64,000 nucleotides of DNA from Candidatus Kapaibacterium sp. (GTDB lineage: Bacteria > Bacteroidota > Ignavibacteria > Kapaibacteriales > UBA2268). The DNA is taken from contig OY762428.1 of the NCBI GenBank assembly GCA_963665665.1, positions 4,256,001 to 4,320,000 of the forward strand, in the 5' to 3' direction. Each line of letters begins with the position of its first letter. Positions within the stretch are counted from its first letter, which is position 1. Shown piece by piece: positions 22,137 through 31,587 of this stretch. Both the position numbers and the translations under genes were made by a program. The notes below the pieces were generated by a model. That model ran no database searches. It was not told the origin of the DNA and was given only the letters and a program-made list of their open reading frames with translations.

Positions 22137-22678
22137 TACAGGCTCATATTTTGATTAAAAAAATGTGAATTATTAAATCAATACAACAATTATCATGGAT
22201 TAACAATGAATAACTGATACAATTTAATTAATTTTTTCATAAAAGAAAAATCTGCTATTCGGTGAATATGAAGAATAGCAGTAGTTCTATAACAGGCGTT
22301 ATTTTCTGGAGTATATTCCGATCAATTTCCCGTGCTTTATCGAATACTGTTTAATCCTGAGCAGATGCTTCTCTTTTGGGGCCGAACATTATTGAAAAAC
22401 AGGAGGGCAAGTATCATGAATCAACCTGCCCTGAATCTTCCTATTGTTTTAGGAGCTATCCGATAAAATAATATTTTATACGATTTTGTATATGTCAATA
22501 ACGAAAAAAATAAACTCCATCCCGGGAATCTGCCCGGAATGGAATATTTTAGCAAATATCCATACTTTGCAAAATCTTTCTATGTTGCCCGAAAGATATT
22601 AACCTTTTTAAAATACATGCAAATTAGCCCGGATATTATTAAGAATACTAAACACCCATGGGAATCTGTCTAATGAAG

Positions 22679-23683
22679 TTATTCAGGAAAATTATTTACA
22701 ATTACTTTTCCTGCCTGCCCTCCTCGAAGAATAATATCAATTTCCTCGCTGAGATTATCAAGTGTAACTTCTTTCACGTACTTTTCAAAATTGTCAATTT
22801 TCCAGTCGCCTGCAATATTATTCCATAGTTTTAATCTCAAGTCCATCGGCCTGGATGCTGAATCAATACCGGTAATTGTAACACCCCTGAGCAAAAACGG
22901 GTAAACAGATGTTTCCAGCTTATCCGATTCAACATTTCCCAAACAGCAGACGCATCCGTGCTGTTCCAATGACCTTACAACTGTTGATAAAGTATTACCG
23001 CCCACTGTGTCAATTGCTCCGGCCCATCTCCCTGACAGAAGGGGCCTTCCGCTTGTATCATATACACTTTCCCGGCCAAGTATTTCTGCAGCTCCGATTT
23101 CTTTTAGCATTTCTGATTTTTCAGGCTTACCTGTTGTTGCCGTTACTTCATATCCAATTTTGGAAAGCATCCCGACTGCAAGACTGCCAACACCTCCTGT
23201 TGCGCCTGTAACCAGAATTTTACCCTTATCAGTAGTAATATTATGCCTGATTAACTCATGAATACATGTAGCAGCCGTGAATCCCGCAGTACCGTAAATC
23301 ATGCTTTCTCTCAGGCCAAGCCCGTCCGGAAGTGGTACTATCCAGTCTGCCGGTACACGAATATACTGTCCGAAACCGCCACTTGTGTTCATCCCAAGGT
23401 CATATCCTGTTACAAGAACCTTCTGCCCCGAAGTAAACTTACTACTTTCGGAAGCTTCAACAATTCCGGCTGCGTCTATTCCAGGTGTATGGGGATAGTA
23501 TCTGCTTATACCTTTATGACCCCTTGCAGACAGGGCATCCTTATAATTAAGGGCAGACCAAAGAACTTTAATCAGAACATTATTTTCAGGAAGTTCTGAA
23601 ATTTTCTTCGTTCCGATAAATCTTTTGAATTTTCCTTTTTCAAATTCCTCAACTATCATTGATTTATATTCGAAGTCCGTCAT
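22679..23683 (-). CDS. YhdH/YhfP (AcuI-like) MDR oxidoreductase
   Basis: SALNYKDAL, PGIDAAG, GTAGFTAA, VTGATGGVGS, PFLLRGV..GIDS. Confidence 0.93.
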   Translation of the reverse strand: MTDFEYKSMIVEEFEKGKFKRFIGTKKISELPENNVLIKVLWSALNYKDALSARGHKGISRYYPHTPGIDAAGIVEASESSKFTSGQKVLVTGYDLGMNTSGGFGQYIRVPADWIVPLPDGLGLRESMIYGTAGFTAATCIHELIRHNITTDKGKILVTGATGGVGSLAVGMLSKIGYEVTATTGKPEKSEMLKEIGAAEILGRESVYDTSGRPLLSGRWAGAIDTVGGNTLSTVVRSLEQHGCVCCLGNVESDKLETSVYPFLLRGVTITGIDSASRPMDLRLKLWNNIAGDWKIDNFEKYVKEVTLDNLSEEIDIILRGGQAGKVIVNNFPE

Positions 23684-23862
23684 AATTTCTCCCTTTAATT
23701 GCGTATTAATTTGTTTTTCGAATATGATTAAAATTTTTGAGAATTCCGAATGAGAAAATGGTGAGGAGAAATTTCCAAATTTCTATGTATTATTATCTAT
23801 ATATTCATATTTGTTGGTTTACATGAAATTAGTTATTTTATTTTTTCATTTTGTAAAAATTT

Positions 23863-24254
23863 ATGAATAAACTGCAACATATTGAATTTTGGGAAGGTCT
23901 TCAGAAGAAGATTGGATTTCTGCTAAAAGTCTTTTGAATACCGGGAGATATGTTCATTCTCTTTTTTTTGCTCATTTAACGCTTGAAAAACTTTGTAAAG
24001 CCATTTGGATTCAAGATAATGTTGTTAATATTCCTCCAAAAATCCACAACCATATAAAATTATTATCTGAAACAAATGCCAGTTTAAGTACAGATCAGCT
24101 TGAATATTTATTAGAAATCAACAAGTTTCAAATTGAAGGCCGATATCCGGATTTTGTTAATAATTTTCAAAGAATTTGTACGTTTGATTATACAGTTGAA
24201 AACTTAAATAATATTGAGGTTATAAAAGAATGCTTAATAAATCAACTGCCATAG
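23863..24254 (+). pseudogene. HEPN-domain protein (HEPN/MNT pair), 1-nt frameshift after codon 10
   Basis: ATG 23863 gives MNKLQHIEFW, then the frame shifts to RSSEEDWISAKSLL...LFFAHLTLEKLCKA...PPKIHN...EGRYP. An alternative TTG start at 23889 is possible. Confidence 0.75.
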
Positions 24255-24541
24255 AACATGTAAAGAAATTTATTAAAGAAATTGAAAAAAATGGAATTGA
24301 ACTTTCCAGGGTTATACTTTTCGGATCTTCAGTTAGAGATGAAATGCATGAATATTCTGATATTGATCTTTTGCTGGTTTCTGATAAATTTTCTGATAAT
24401 GTTTTTGAAAATATCCGACTATACAGCAAGATTAACATAAAATATCCCGATATTGATACTCACCCCTTTTCGACTAATTATTTTGATAAAAGTGATCCAT
24501 TTATAGATGAAGTCAAAGCAACAGGCCTTATTATTCAATAA
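24230..24541 (+). CDS. Minimal nucleotidyltransferase (MNT) antitoxin-like
   Basis: LFGSSVR...YSDIDLLLVS motif, 103 aa, overlaps HEPN gene. Confidence 0.9.
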   Translation: MLNKSTAIEHVKKFIKEIEKNGIELSRVILFGSSVRDEMHEYSDIDLLLVSDKFSDNVFENIRLYSKINIKYPDIDTHPFSTNYFDKSDPFIDEVKATGLIIQ

Positions 24542-24841
24542 ATAATACTTTGTATTTTTTGTAAAAAATCAGCCCTTTTTAAAATTTTATATATTCGAGA
24601 AAGAATATTATTTAACATTGCAACATCTATATAATAAACACCGATATAATTTGATATTGAACCTTATTTGAAAAATCAGGATTAATTCAAACTAAATCCA
24701 ATGAAAACTTGTTTTGATGGAAGTTTTTTACGATATTTGAAAATATGTGATTAAAAGGAATTTAATATTCCTGTATTGTGCTTTTTATTTTTATTTTGAA
24801 ATCTATTAACTGTTTAACTTTTATATATTTAAGGAGGCATT

Positions 24842-25168
24842 ATGCAATTTAAGAGCTTAATATCCAAAATTGGTATTGGCTCGGCTATTGTTGCTGTATC
24901 CGTATTATTCATGGATTGTTCCAATAAAATTACGGAAGAGCAACTGGCACAGCTTAAGGAGCTTCGCAAGCAGGAAAGATCGCTAACTGCAAAGATTTCC
25001 GATATCAAGTCCGACAAAGCTGCAGTGGAAAAAGAATTAAATGCCCGTAAGGCTGAAATGAAGAAATGCCAGGAAGATACTGAATTTGTTAAGAAAAAAT
25101 TGTCGCAGTGGCCGAATGTCTGGCCGGATTGGAAACCGGAACAGGAAGCCGCGCCGGAAACAGAATAA
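24842..25168 (+). CDS. Small coiled-coil lipoprotein
   Basis: SD aaggagg; hydrophobic leader then C-SNK; long heptad helix; W/P-rich tail. Confidence 0.7.
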   Translation: MQFKSLISKIGIGSAIVAVSVLFMDCSNKITEEQLAQLKELRKQERSLTAKISDIKSDKAAVEKELNARKAEMKKCQEDTEFVKKKLSQWPNVWPDWKPEQEAAPETE

Positions 25169-25229
25169 TATTTTGTTCCTCTCAATAATTACTATTTAGA
25201 TGTGAAACAAATTTTTTACACGGTGAAAA

Positions 25230-26018
25230 ATGAAAAAATTTCTTATTTACTTTATATTATTGACGTTTTCCGGTTCAGTAGCTTTCTCGCAAATGCCACC
25301 GGAAAGCAAGCCAGACATGGAACTAACGAAAGACGAAGCCGTTCTTCGTATTCAGGACTGGACTCAGAGAGTTAAAGAACTTGAAAACAAACTCGCTACA
25401 GCCGAACAGGATCTGGCAAAACTCCAGAATGACCTGCAGGAAGCAAAGAACAACCTGAAAGACTGCCAGGAAGCTCTTCTGGCTTTGCTTGAAGCCACTA
25501 ATATGGATATCGAAAAATTCCGCCAGGCTCTTGGTGTTATCGAGGGTAAAGTCAGGCAGATGAAAGGGTATTCGAACGATAAACTCGCAGACATGCGCGA
25601 CGATGTTGTGAAACTTGAAAATGACCTGAACGAACTCAGGAAAAACAAACTTGCTCTTCTTCCTGAATTCTACAACAAGATCCTTGAACTGGCAAGAGAT
25701 ATCAAGGGCCTTTACCGCGAAAAGAAAATCAAATCCTACACAGTTGGTACATGGTCTGAAGACAGAGACTGTCTGTGGAATATTGCCGGTAAGCTTGAAA
25801 TTTACGGCGATCCTTCCCTATGGCCAAAAATCTGGCAGAATAACAAGGATATCATCAGGAATCCTGATATTATCCACCCGGGACAGGTTCTGACATTACC
25901 TCAGAAGGGTCCTAAAGATGCTGCCGAACTGAAAGCCGAAAGGAAATACTGGAGAAAGAAACGCGATGCCATGGAAGCTGAAGCAACAACAACTCCGGAA
26001 CCAAGCAAAGGCGAATAA
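25230..26018 (+). CDS. Secreted coiled-coil protein with C-terminal LysM domain
   Basis: Signal peptide; about 130-aa coiled coil; YTV...DCLWNIA...YGDPSLWPKIW..NKDIIRNPDIIHPGQVL. Confidence 0.88.
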   Translation: MKKFLIYFILLTFSGSVAFSQMPPESKPDMELTKDEAVLRIQDWTQRVKELENKLATAEQDLAKLQNDLQEAKNNLKDCQEALLALLEATNMDIEKFRQALGVIEGKVRQMKGYSNDKLADMRDDVVKLENDLNELRKNKLALLPEFYNKILELARDIKGLYREKKIKSYTVGTWSEDRDCLWNIAGKLEIYGDPSLWPKIWQNNKDIIRNPDIIHPGQVLTLPQKGPKDAAELKAERKYWRKKRDAMEAEATTTPEPSKGE

Positions 26019-26042
26019 TATAATGCAAAATATTTGCTCAAA

Positions 26043-26071
26043 GCCCCGGTTATTTTACCGGGGTTTTTTTT
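26043..26071 (+). terminator. Intrinsic terminator
   Basis: gccccggt/accggggt stem plus T-run. Confidence 0.82.
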
Positions 26072-26152
26072 GATAATTAAGTAATTTCCCTTATATCATT
26101 TCTAATATTTTTGAATTATTTTATATTGAAATTGATTAATTAGGATTTTTAA

Positions 26153-28072
26153 GTGTTAAAGCGTCTATTTTTCAATATTATTATATTTTTAATCCTTTCC
26201 GCAACATTAAATGCCGGCGAAACAGACAGCCTTGATATTCTGATAAAGAAAACTTCTGGGCAGGCAAAATTTGATTTGTTGTTGAAAGCTGCTCAAATTT
26301 CTCTTTCCACTTCTCCAACAAAAACCATTAATTATTCTGAAACTGCTTTGAAAATTGCTGAGCAAAGAAAAGATACACTGGAAATAGTTCAGGTATATAA
26401 TTTAATGGCTGTTGCTAATTATTACCTCGGTGATTTTTCTAAAAGTATAACTTTTTATAAATCTATATCACGATTTTTAAAACATGACCCGCTTGGCCGC
26501 GCAGAAGCTAATGAGATGATAGCTTCAATTTATATGAAATCGGGAAATGATAATAGCGCGGTAAAATACTATGATATAGCTATAAGGGACTTCACCAAAG
26601 TGAAAAATAATATCAAACAGGCTAATTGTTTTATTGGAATTGGTGATGCAAAATTTAATCTCAGATTATTCAACGAATCTCTAAAATATTATAAAAAAGC
26701 GCTGGCTGTATATAACAAAAATAATGATACCAAAGGTAAAGCGCTTGCTCTGTCCAAAATATCCGAAGTTCATTACAAAAACGAAATGAAAACAGGTGAT
26801 TTTTCCGAACAGAAGGAAGAAGACCTGAAGATCAGGGAGGAACTAAGCGTAAAGGAAGGCGTGGCATTTTCACTTAATTTCAAACCAAGCCTGATGGAGG
26901 AAATTCCCGAAGAAGAAGAAAAGTTGAAGTTTGACAAAACACTTGAATATCTTTCCAAAAGCCTTAAACAGGCAAAAAAGAATAATTACAGAGAAATTAT
27001 TCTTAATAATTATAAGAAGTTCTCGGATGTTTATATTGCCGCCGGAGACCATGAAAAAGCTCTTAGATTTTACAGGCTTTATACCGAGATCAGAGACAGT
27101 ATGCATGATGAAAGAATGAACCAGAAAATTGCTGAAATGAGGGTTCGCTTTGAAACTGAAAAAAAAGAAAGAGAAATCGAGTTACTGAAAAAAAATGAAA
27201 TAATTAAAGAAATTGAACTGGAAAAACAAAAAACACAAAACAATCTGCTGATTGTAGTAATTGTTCTTTTAGCAATTATTCTGACCATTCTTACATTATT
27301 GATCATATCAAGAAGAAAAAGTCAGAAGATTCTCGAACAAAAAAATGTTGCCCTAAATGAAACAAATAAAAAGCTGTATGACTCGGAACAAAGCCTTAAA
27401 GACCTGAATAATATAAAGGACAGGCTTTTCAGCGTTATTGCAAACGACCTGAAAAGTCCGATCAATGCTTTCCTTGGAATTTCAAACTTCCTGCGCGGCA
27501 GAATAGACCAAATGGATGCTGATATGCTGAAAGATTCGGTCAGGGACATTGACCTATCTGCAAAAGAGATAGATTCTCAGCTTGAAAACCTTGTGAACTG
27601 GGCAAAAATTCAGATTGGTATGCTGGATATTTATCCTGAAGAAGTAAACATTTCTGAACTTGTGTCTCACATCATCATGACTGGTAAAACTGAACTTGAG
27701 GAAAGAAAAATTGAAACCTCTATTGATATTGATAATTCGATATACGCTTTTGCGGATATGGAAATTACACTCACAGTTATGAAGAATCTTTTTAATATCA
27801 TTGTTAGTAATTCTTCAGAAAATTCGAATATATATCTTGACACCTGGAAGGAAAACGGAACAACGATTGTTTCAATCAGCTCTGACGGAATAATTGATAT
27901 GAACGAAATGGATAAAAACTATTCTGCTAAGGAAAATAAAACAGAAATTTCAGATATAGGCCTGATAGTTTGTATGGAATTCATGGAAAAGAATAACGGC
28001 AATATCAGATCAGAAATTCGGAACAACAATTTTGCATATATTTTCTCGCTTAAAGCTGCCAAAAATTTATAA
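26153..28072 (+). CDS. TPR-sensor histidine kinase-like protein with degenerate kinase core
   Basis: Signal peptide, TPRs, FETEKKE linker, one TM; H-box reads IANDLKSP (His to Asn) and HATPase boxes are eroded. Confidence 0.8.
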   Translation: MLKRLFFNIIIFLILSATLNAGETDSLDILIKKTSGQAKFDLLLKAAQISLSTSPTKTINYSETALKIAEQRKDTLEIVQVYNLMAVANYYLGDFSKSITFYKSISRFLKHDPLGRAEANEMIASIYMKSGNDNSAVKYYDIAIRDFTKVKNNIKQANCFIGIGDAKFNLRLFNESLKYYKKALAVYNKNNDTKGKALALSKISEVHYKNEMKTGDFSEQKEEDLKIREELSVKEGVAFSLNFKPSLMEEIPEEEEKLKFDKTLEYLSKSLKQAKKNNYREIILNNYKKFSDVYIAAGDHEKALRFYRLYTEIRDSMHDERMNQKIAEMRVRFETEKKEREIELLKKNEIIKEIELEKQKTQNNLLIVVIVLLAIILTILTLLIISRRKSQKILEQKNVALNETNKKLYDSEQSLKDLNNIKDRLFSVIANDLKSPINAFLGISNFLRGRIDQMDADMLKDSVRDIDLSAKEIDSQLENLVNWAKIQIGMLDIYPEEVNISELVSHIIMTGKTELEERKIETSIDIDNSIYAFADMEITLTVMKNLFNIIVSNSSENSNIYLDTWKENGTTIVSISSDGIIDMNEMDKNYSAKENKTEISDIGLIVCMEFMEKNNGNIRSEIRNNNFAYIFSLKAAKNL

Positions 28073-28073
28073 T

Positions 28074-31000
28074 CTATTTCCTGTCATCAATCCTGCATAA
28101 TGACGAAAATTGGCAATATTTGCAGGTATTACTCTTTGCAGGTTTTGCAGGAAAAACTCCTGAATAAATATTCTGCAGATGTTCAAGCCCAAGCTGAACT
28201 GAATTATCAAGGATTTCATTAAGATGACTTCTGTTCTCGGGCATACCTCGTTTTGTTTTAATTACCCGGTGCAGGAAATTATTATAGAACGAACTGTCGA
28301 GAGGTGTCAGAACGTATTTTTCAGATTTAATGTTATCCTGATTTTCCTGGACAGGGTTCAAAGCAATATATACAGCTCCTACAGGCTCTGACTGTATTGA
28401 ATAATACTCTTTCAGGAAAGCAGATGCAGCAAGAATATAATATGGCATCTGGAACGACCTTCCTTCAAGAATATCTGTGTTGCTGGAAATAGTTTCAATA
28501 TTGGTTTTATAATCACAGACAAGAAATTCACTATTTTCTGAACCAAATGAAATATCCAGTCTGTCAATCTTTCCTCTGACTGAAAGCCCTTCAGTAATTT
28601 CAACGGCTTTTATTTGGCTTCCTGCCGCACCATAAGCCTGCTCGAACATAACGGGCAGGGGCCTGTCGGGTACAGAAAATGCCAGTATTTCGGCATCAAG
28701 CCATTTTTCCAATACTCCCTTATTCTTATCATCGCCAATAAAAGACTCAAGTTCGATTTGATTAATATTTTTATTAAGCGGAAATGCCTGATATTCCTTC
28801 AGCGTGATAGCCCTGAGCTTTCCAAGATATTCATCTTTCTTTTCACTTAATAACCTAACCGGTACAAGCGGGGGAAGAGTATCATCGTTTGGAATAATCA
28901 TCACATCTGAATAATCTTTATCAAGAATATCATTTCTGGCCGAAGTATAAAATTCATATACAACCTTATGCAATAATTGGCCTTTTTCCAAGGGTGTAAG
29001 CAAAGAATCCTCTTTTTCATCTTCGGGGATATTCAATATTCTTGAAGCAAAATATTTATACGGGCATGAGGCATATAACTCAAGCTCTGAAATAGAAACA
29101 GCTTTGCCTGATTTGTTTTCCGGGTTATTAGTAATTTCGTCAGGGAAAGAAGATTTATCTAATTTCACGAATTCAGGATTTTTACCATAGCAGCTGTCAA
29201 TTATATATTGTGTTCCCCTGGGATCTATCAGATAATCATCGTTGCTTAGTTCAATATTATTCTTTGCTTTGTGGCCTGCTAATTTATGAAAATCAGCTAA
29301 AGTAACAGTTATATCCTTCCAATCCGGATTAAAATCGATATCATCAATTTCGTTTACTTTTCCGTCTTCATCCAAAGAACTAATTTGCAGAATATTGTTC
29401 ACGAAAGGCGAAAGTAAAAGTTCCCTGTCAGATTCATCAAACTTTGAATAGAAGATATATACTAATTTTTCATTTTTTTTATAATACTCAGCACCGTTTG
29501 TAAGAAACTGATAAAAATCCATTCGTTCAGCACGAATGTGCCTTTCTTCGCTTTTTACAAGTTTTTTACCAAGAAAATTCTCAGGGCGGTAAACAGATGG
29601 AAATATTGAATCGTTTGCACCGCACAGAATAGATACTTTGTAAGGGATACCCCGGGTTTGCTCAATAGCTGTAACTGCCACGCCTCTGCCTGATTTTTCC
29701 TTAACCTGAAATTTTGCACCGGCAACAAGGGTTTCAAGCCGGCTCAGTAATTCATTCAAAGAGTATGTTTTGCCAGGAAAACGTTCATTCAAAACATCGG
29801 ACATTTCATCAATCAGCCTGAAAAATTCGTTCAGGGCGGCAGAATCTTTGTCCGGATAGAATTCCCTTCCTGAATCCCTGTTTAACTGTTCCAATGCCTT
29901 GTTCGTAAGATTATCGTAAACATTCAGGTTATCGACAATATCATTTTTAATAATATCAATAAATTGATTAACCGTAAGTTTTGCAGGCAAATCCGGTAAT
30001 GATTCATTAAGAATTTCAAGTGTGCTGACTGACTCTTTTAAATTTTGATAAAAGCGTTTCTTTGCATATTCTTCCTGACTATCTTCAAATTCTTCATTTT
30101 GAATATAAGAATCAAGTCTTTGTAAAGCGTTTCTCATAGACTTTATCAGTGATTTCAGGCTGCCGCTACTAAATGAATCGAGTCGCAGACGGCTTATCAT
30201 TCTGTTAACAAGGGATGGATTAGCAGGAAAACGGGTAAAATTTTCTGATAATGTGAAATATGAATTATTTAAAAGTTTATTCAAAACCGGTTTACTTATA
30301 TCCCTGTATATTTTAAAAATACTAATAATACTTACAATCAGGGGAGAGGCTGACAGGGCAAAGCGGTCGCTGATATTTACAGGTATGCCCGAGGACCGGA
30401 AAATTTCCCTGAACAGGCCTGTATAAATTTCAGGCGAGCTGGTATTGATACATATTTCAGATGGCTTTATGTTTTTAGCAGCTATCAGATATTTAACAAG
30501 CCTGGAAATATTCCGGACTTCTTCCACTCTGTTCGGAGCCGATATTATATTAATAAATCTGCTCAATTTTGGATAATTCAGATTTCTTTCTGTATTAAAA
30601 AGCCAGCGTCTGATAAAAGTTACGGGCGGAAGGCTGCTGAATTCAGATTTTTCAGGTATCTTCAGGCTGTCATGTTTGTCGAGTGTTTTTAAACTGAAAC
30701 CGGCTGCTTCAAGTTTTATCCACATATCTTCCAGATTTCCAAATAAAGGGCCGTTTATCTTTGAAAAATCAACATGAACAGAGAAAGGAAATATTGATGA
30801 TGAAAATTTTGAAATGAACTCAATTTCCGGCATTTTGAACTCATTGAAGCCATATAATATGATAACAGGTTTATTCGGGAAAATTTCATTCAGAATATTT
30901 TCATTTACATTGCCAGGAATATCAAAATCATCAAACAGCCTCAATTCATCTGATATTCTTTGGCCGGCATTATTATCATCAATAAAAATATTTAAATTAT

Positions 31001-31568
31001 TTAGCATGGCAGGAAAATCCAAAAGTCTGTCGCTCAGATACTCATTATAATTCAAATAGATATTATAAATATCAGTCATTTTTTCAATATCAAAATTATG
31101 GTCCGGGCTGTTTTCAGATTTCCTGATATCATCAAATATCTTTTCAGGGCTAATACCATCTTCCTTTAAGCCATAAATAATTTGAGAAAGCCGGCTTATC
31201 AACGACAATCCTGGCTTTTGCTTAGGAGCAAAATATCTCAGATCAGAATTCTCGATAGCTTCTTCGAACAAAGCAAGCCTGTATGAATCGGAAATAATTC
31301 GATATTTTTTTTCATTAAAGAAATTCTGATAACAATTAGCTATGAATTGCTCCAGGGTAAAGATATTTAATTTCGGGCAGGGACGCGAAGTTATTCTGAA
31401 GAAATCCCTTATCAGATCATTATTGATCTTTCTGACCATTTTCCCCGTGGGGACAATAATTACAAACTGGCCGGGATTATTCTGTTTAAAAAAATATTCC
31501 GCTAAACGGTATGGTTCAGCTGGATATTTGTTGAAATCAAACTGATTATTATGTAATATCTGAGCCAT
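28074..31568 (-). CDS. AddB/RexB-like helicase-nuclease subunit (C-terminal PD-(D/E)XK, Fe-S cysteines)
   Basis: SISELELYASCPYKYF, G.LLH, RGKIDRLD, DYKT, QMPYY, CKYCQFSSLCR. Confidence 0.85.
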   Translation of the reverse strand: MAQILHNNQFDFNKYPAEPYRLAEYFFKQNNPGQFVIIVPTGKMVRKINNDLIRDFFRITSRPCPKLNIFTLEQFIANCYQNFFNEKKYRIISDSYRLALFEEAIENSDLRYFAPKQKPGLSLISRLSQIIYGLKEDGISPEKIFDDIRKSENSPDHNFDIEKMTDIYNIYLNYNEYLSDRLLDFPAMLNNLNIFIDDNNAGQRISDELRLFDDFDIPGNVNENILNEIFPNKPVIILYGFNEFKMPEIEFISKFSSSIFPFSVHVDFSKINGPLFGNLEDMWIKLEAAGFSLKTLDKHDSLKIPEKSEFSSLPPVTFIRRWLFNTERNLNYPKLSRFINIISAPNRVEEVRNISRLVKYLIAAKNIKPSEICINTSSPEIYTGLFREIFRSSGIPVNISDRFALSASPLIVSIISIFKIYRDISKPVLNKLLNNSYFTLSENFTRFPANPSLVNRMISRLRLDSFSSGSLKSLIKSMRNALQRLDSYIQNEEFEDSQEEYAKKRFYQNLKESVSTLEILNESLPDLPAKLTVNQFIDIIKNDIVDNLNVYDNLTNKALEQLNRDSGREFYPDKDSAALNEFFRLIDEMSDVLNERFPGKTYSLNELLSRLETLVAGAKFQVKEKSGRGVAVTAIEQTRGIPYKVSILCGANDSIFPSVYRPENFLGKKLVKSEERHIRAERMDFYQFLTNGAEYYKKNEKLVYIFYSKFDESDRELLLSPFVNNILQISSLDEDGKVNEIDDIDFNPDWKDITVTLADFHKLAGHKAKNNIELSNDDYLIDPRGTQYIIDSCYGKNPEFVKLDKSSFPDEITNNPENKSGKAVSISELELYASCPYKYFASRILNIPEDEKEDSLLTPLEKGQLLHKVVYEFYTSARNDILDKDYSDVMIIPNDDTLPPLVPVRLLSEKKDEYLGKLRAITLKEYQAFPLNKNINQIELESFIGDDKNKGVLEKWLDAEILAFSVPDRPLPVMFEQAYGAAGSQIKAVEITEGLSVRGKIDRLDISFGSENSEFLVCDYKTNIETISSNTDILEGRSFQMPYYILAASAFLKEYYSIQSEPVGAVYIALNPVQENQDNIKSEKYVLTPLDSSFYNNFLHRVIKTKRGMPENRSHLNEILDNSVQLGLEHLQNIYSGVFPAKPAKSNTCKYCQFSSLCRIDDRK

Positions 31569-31587
31569 TATTTTATATCTTAAAAAT

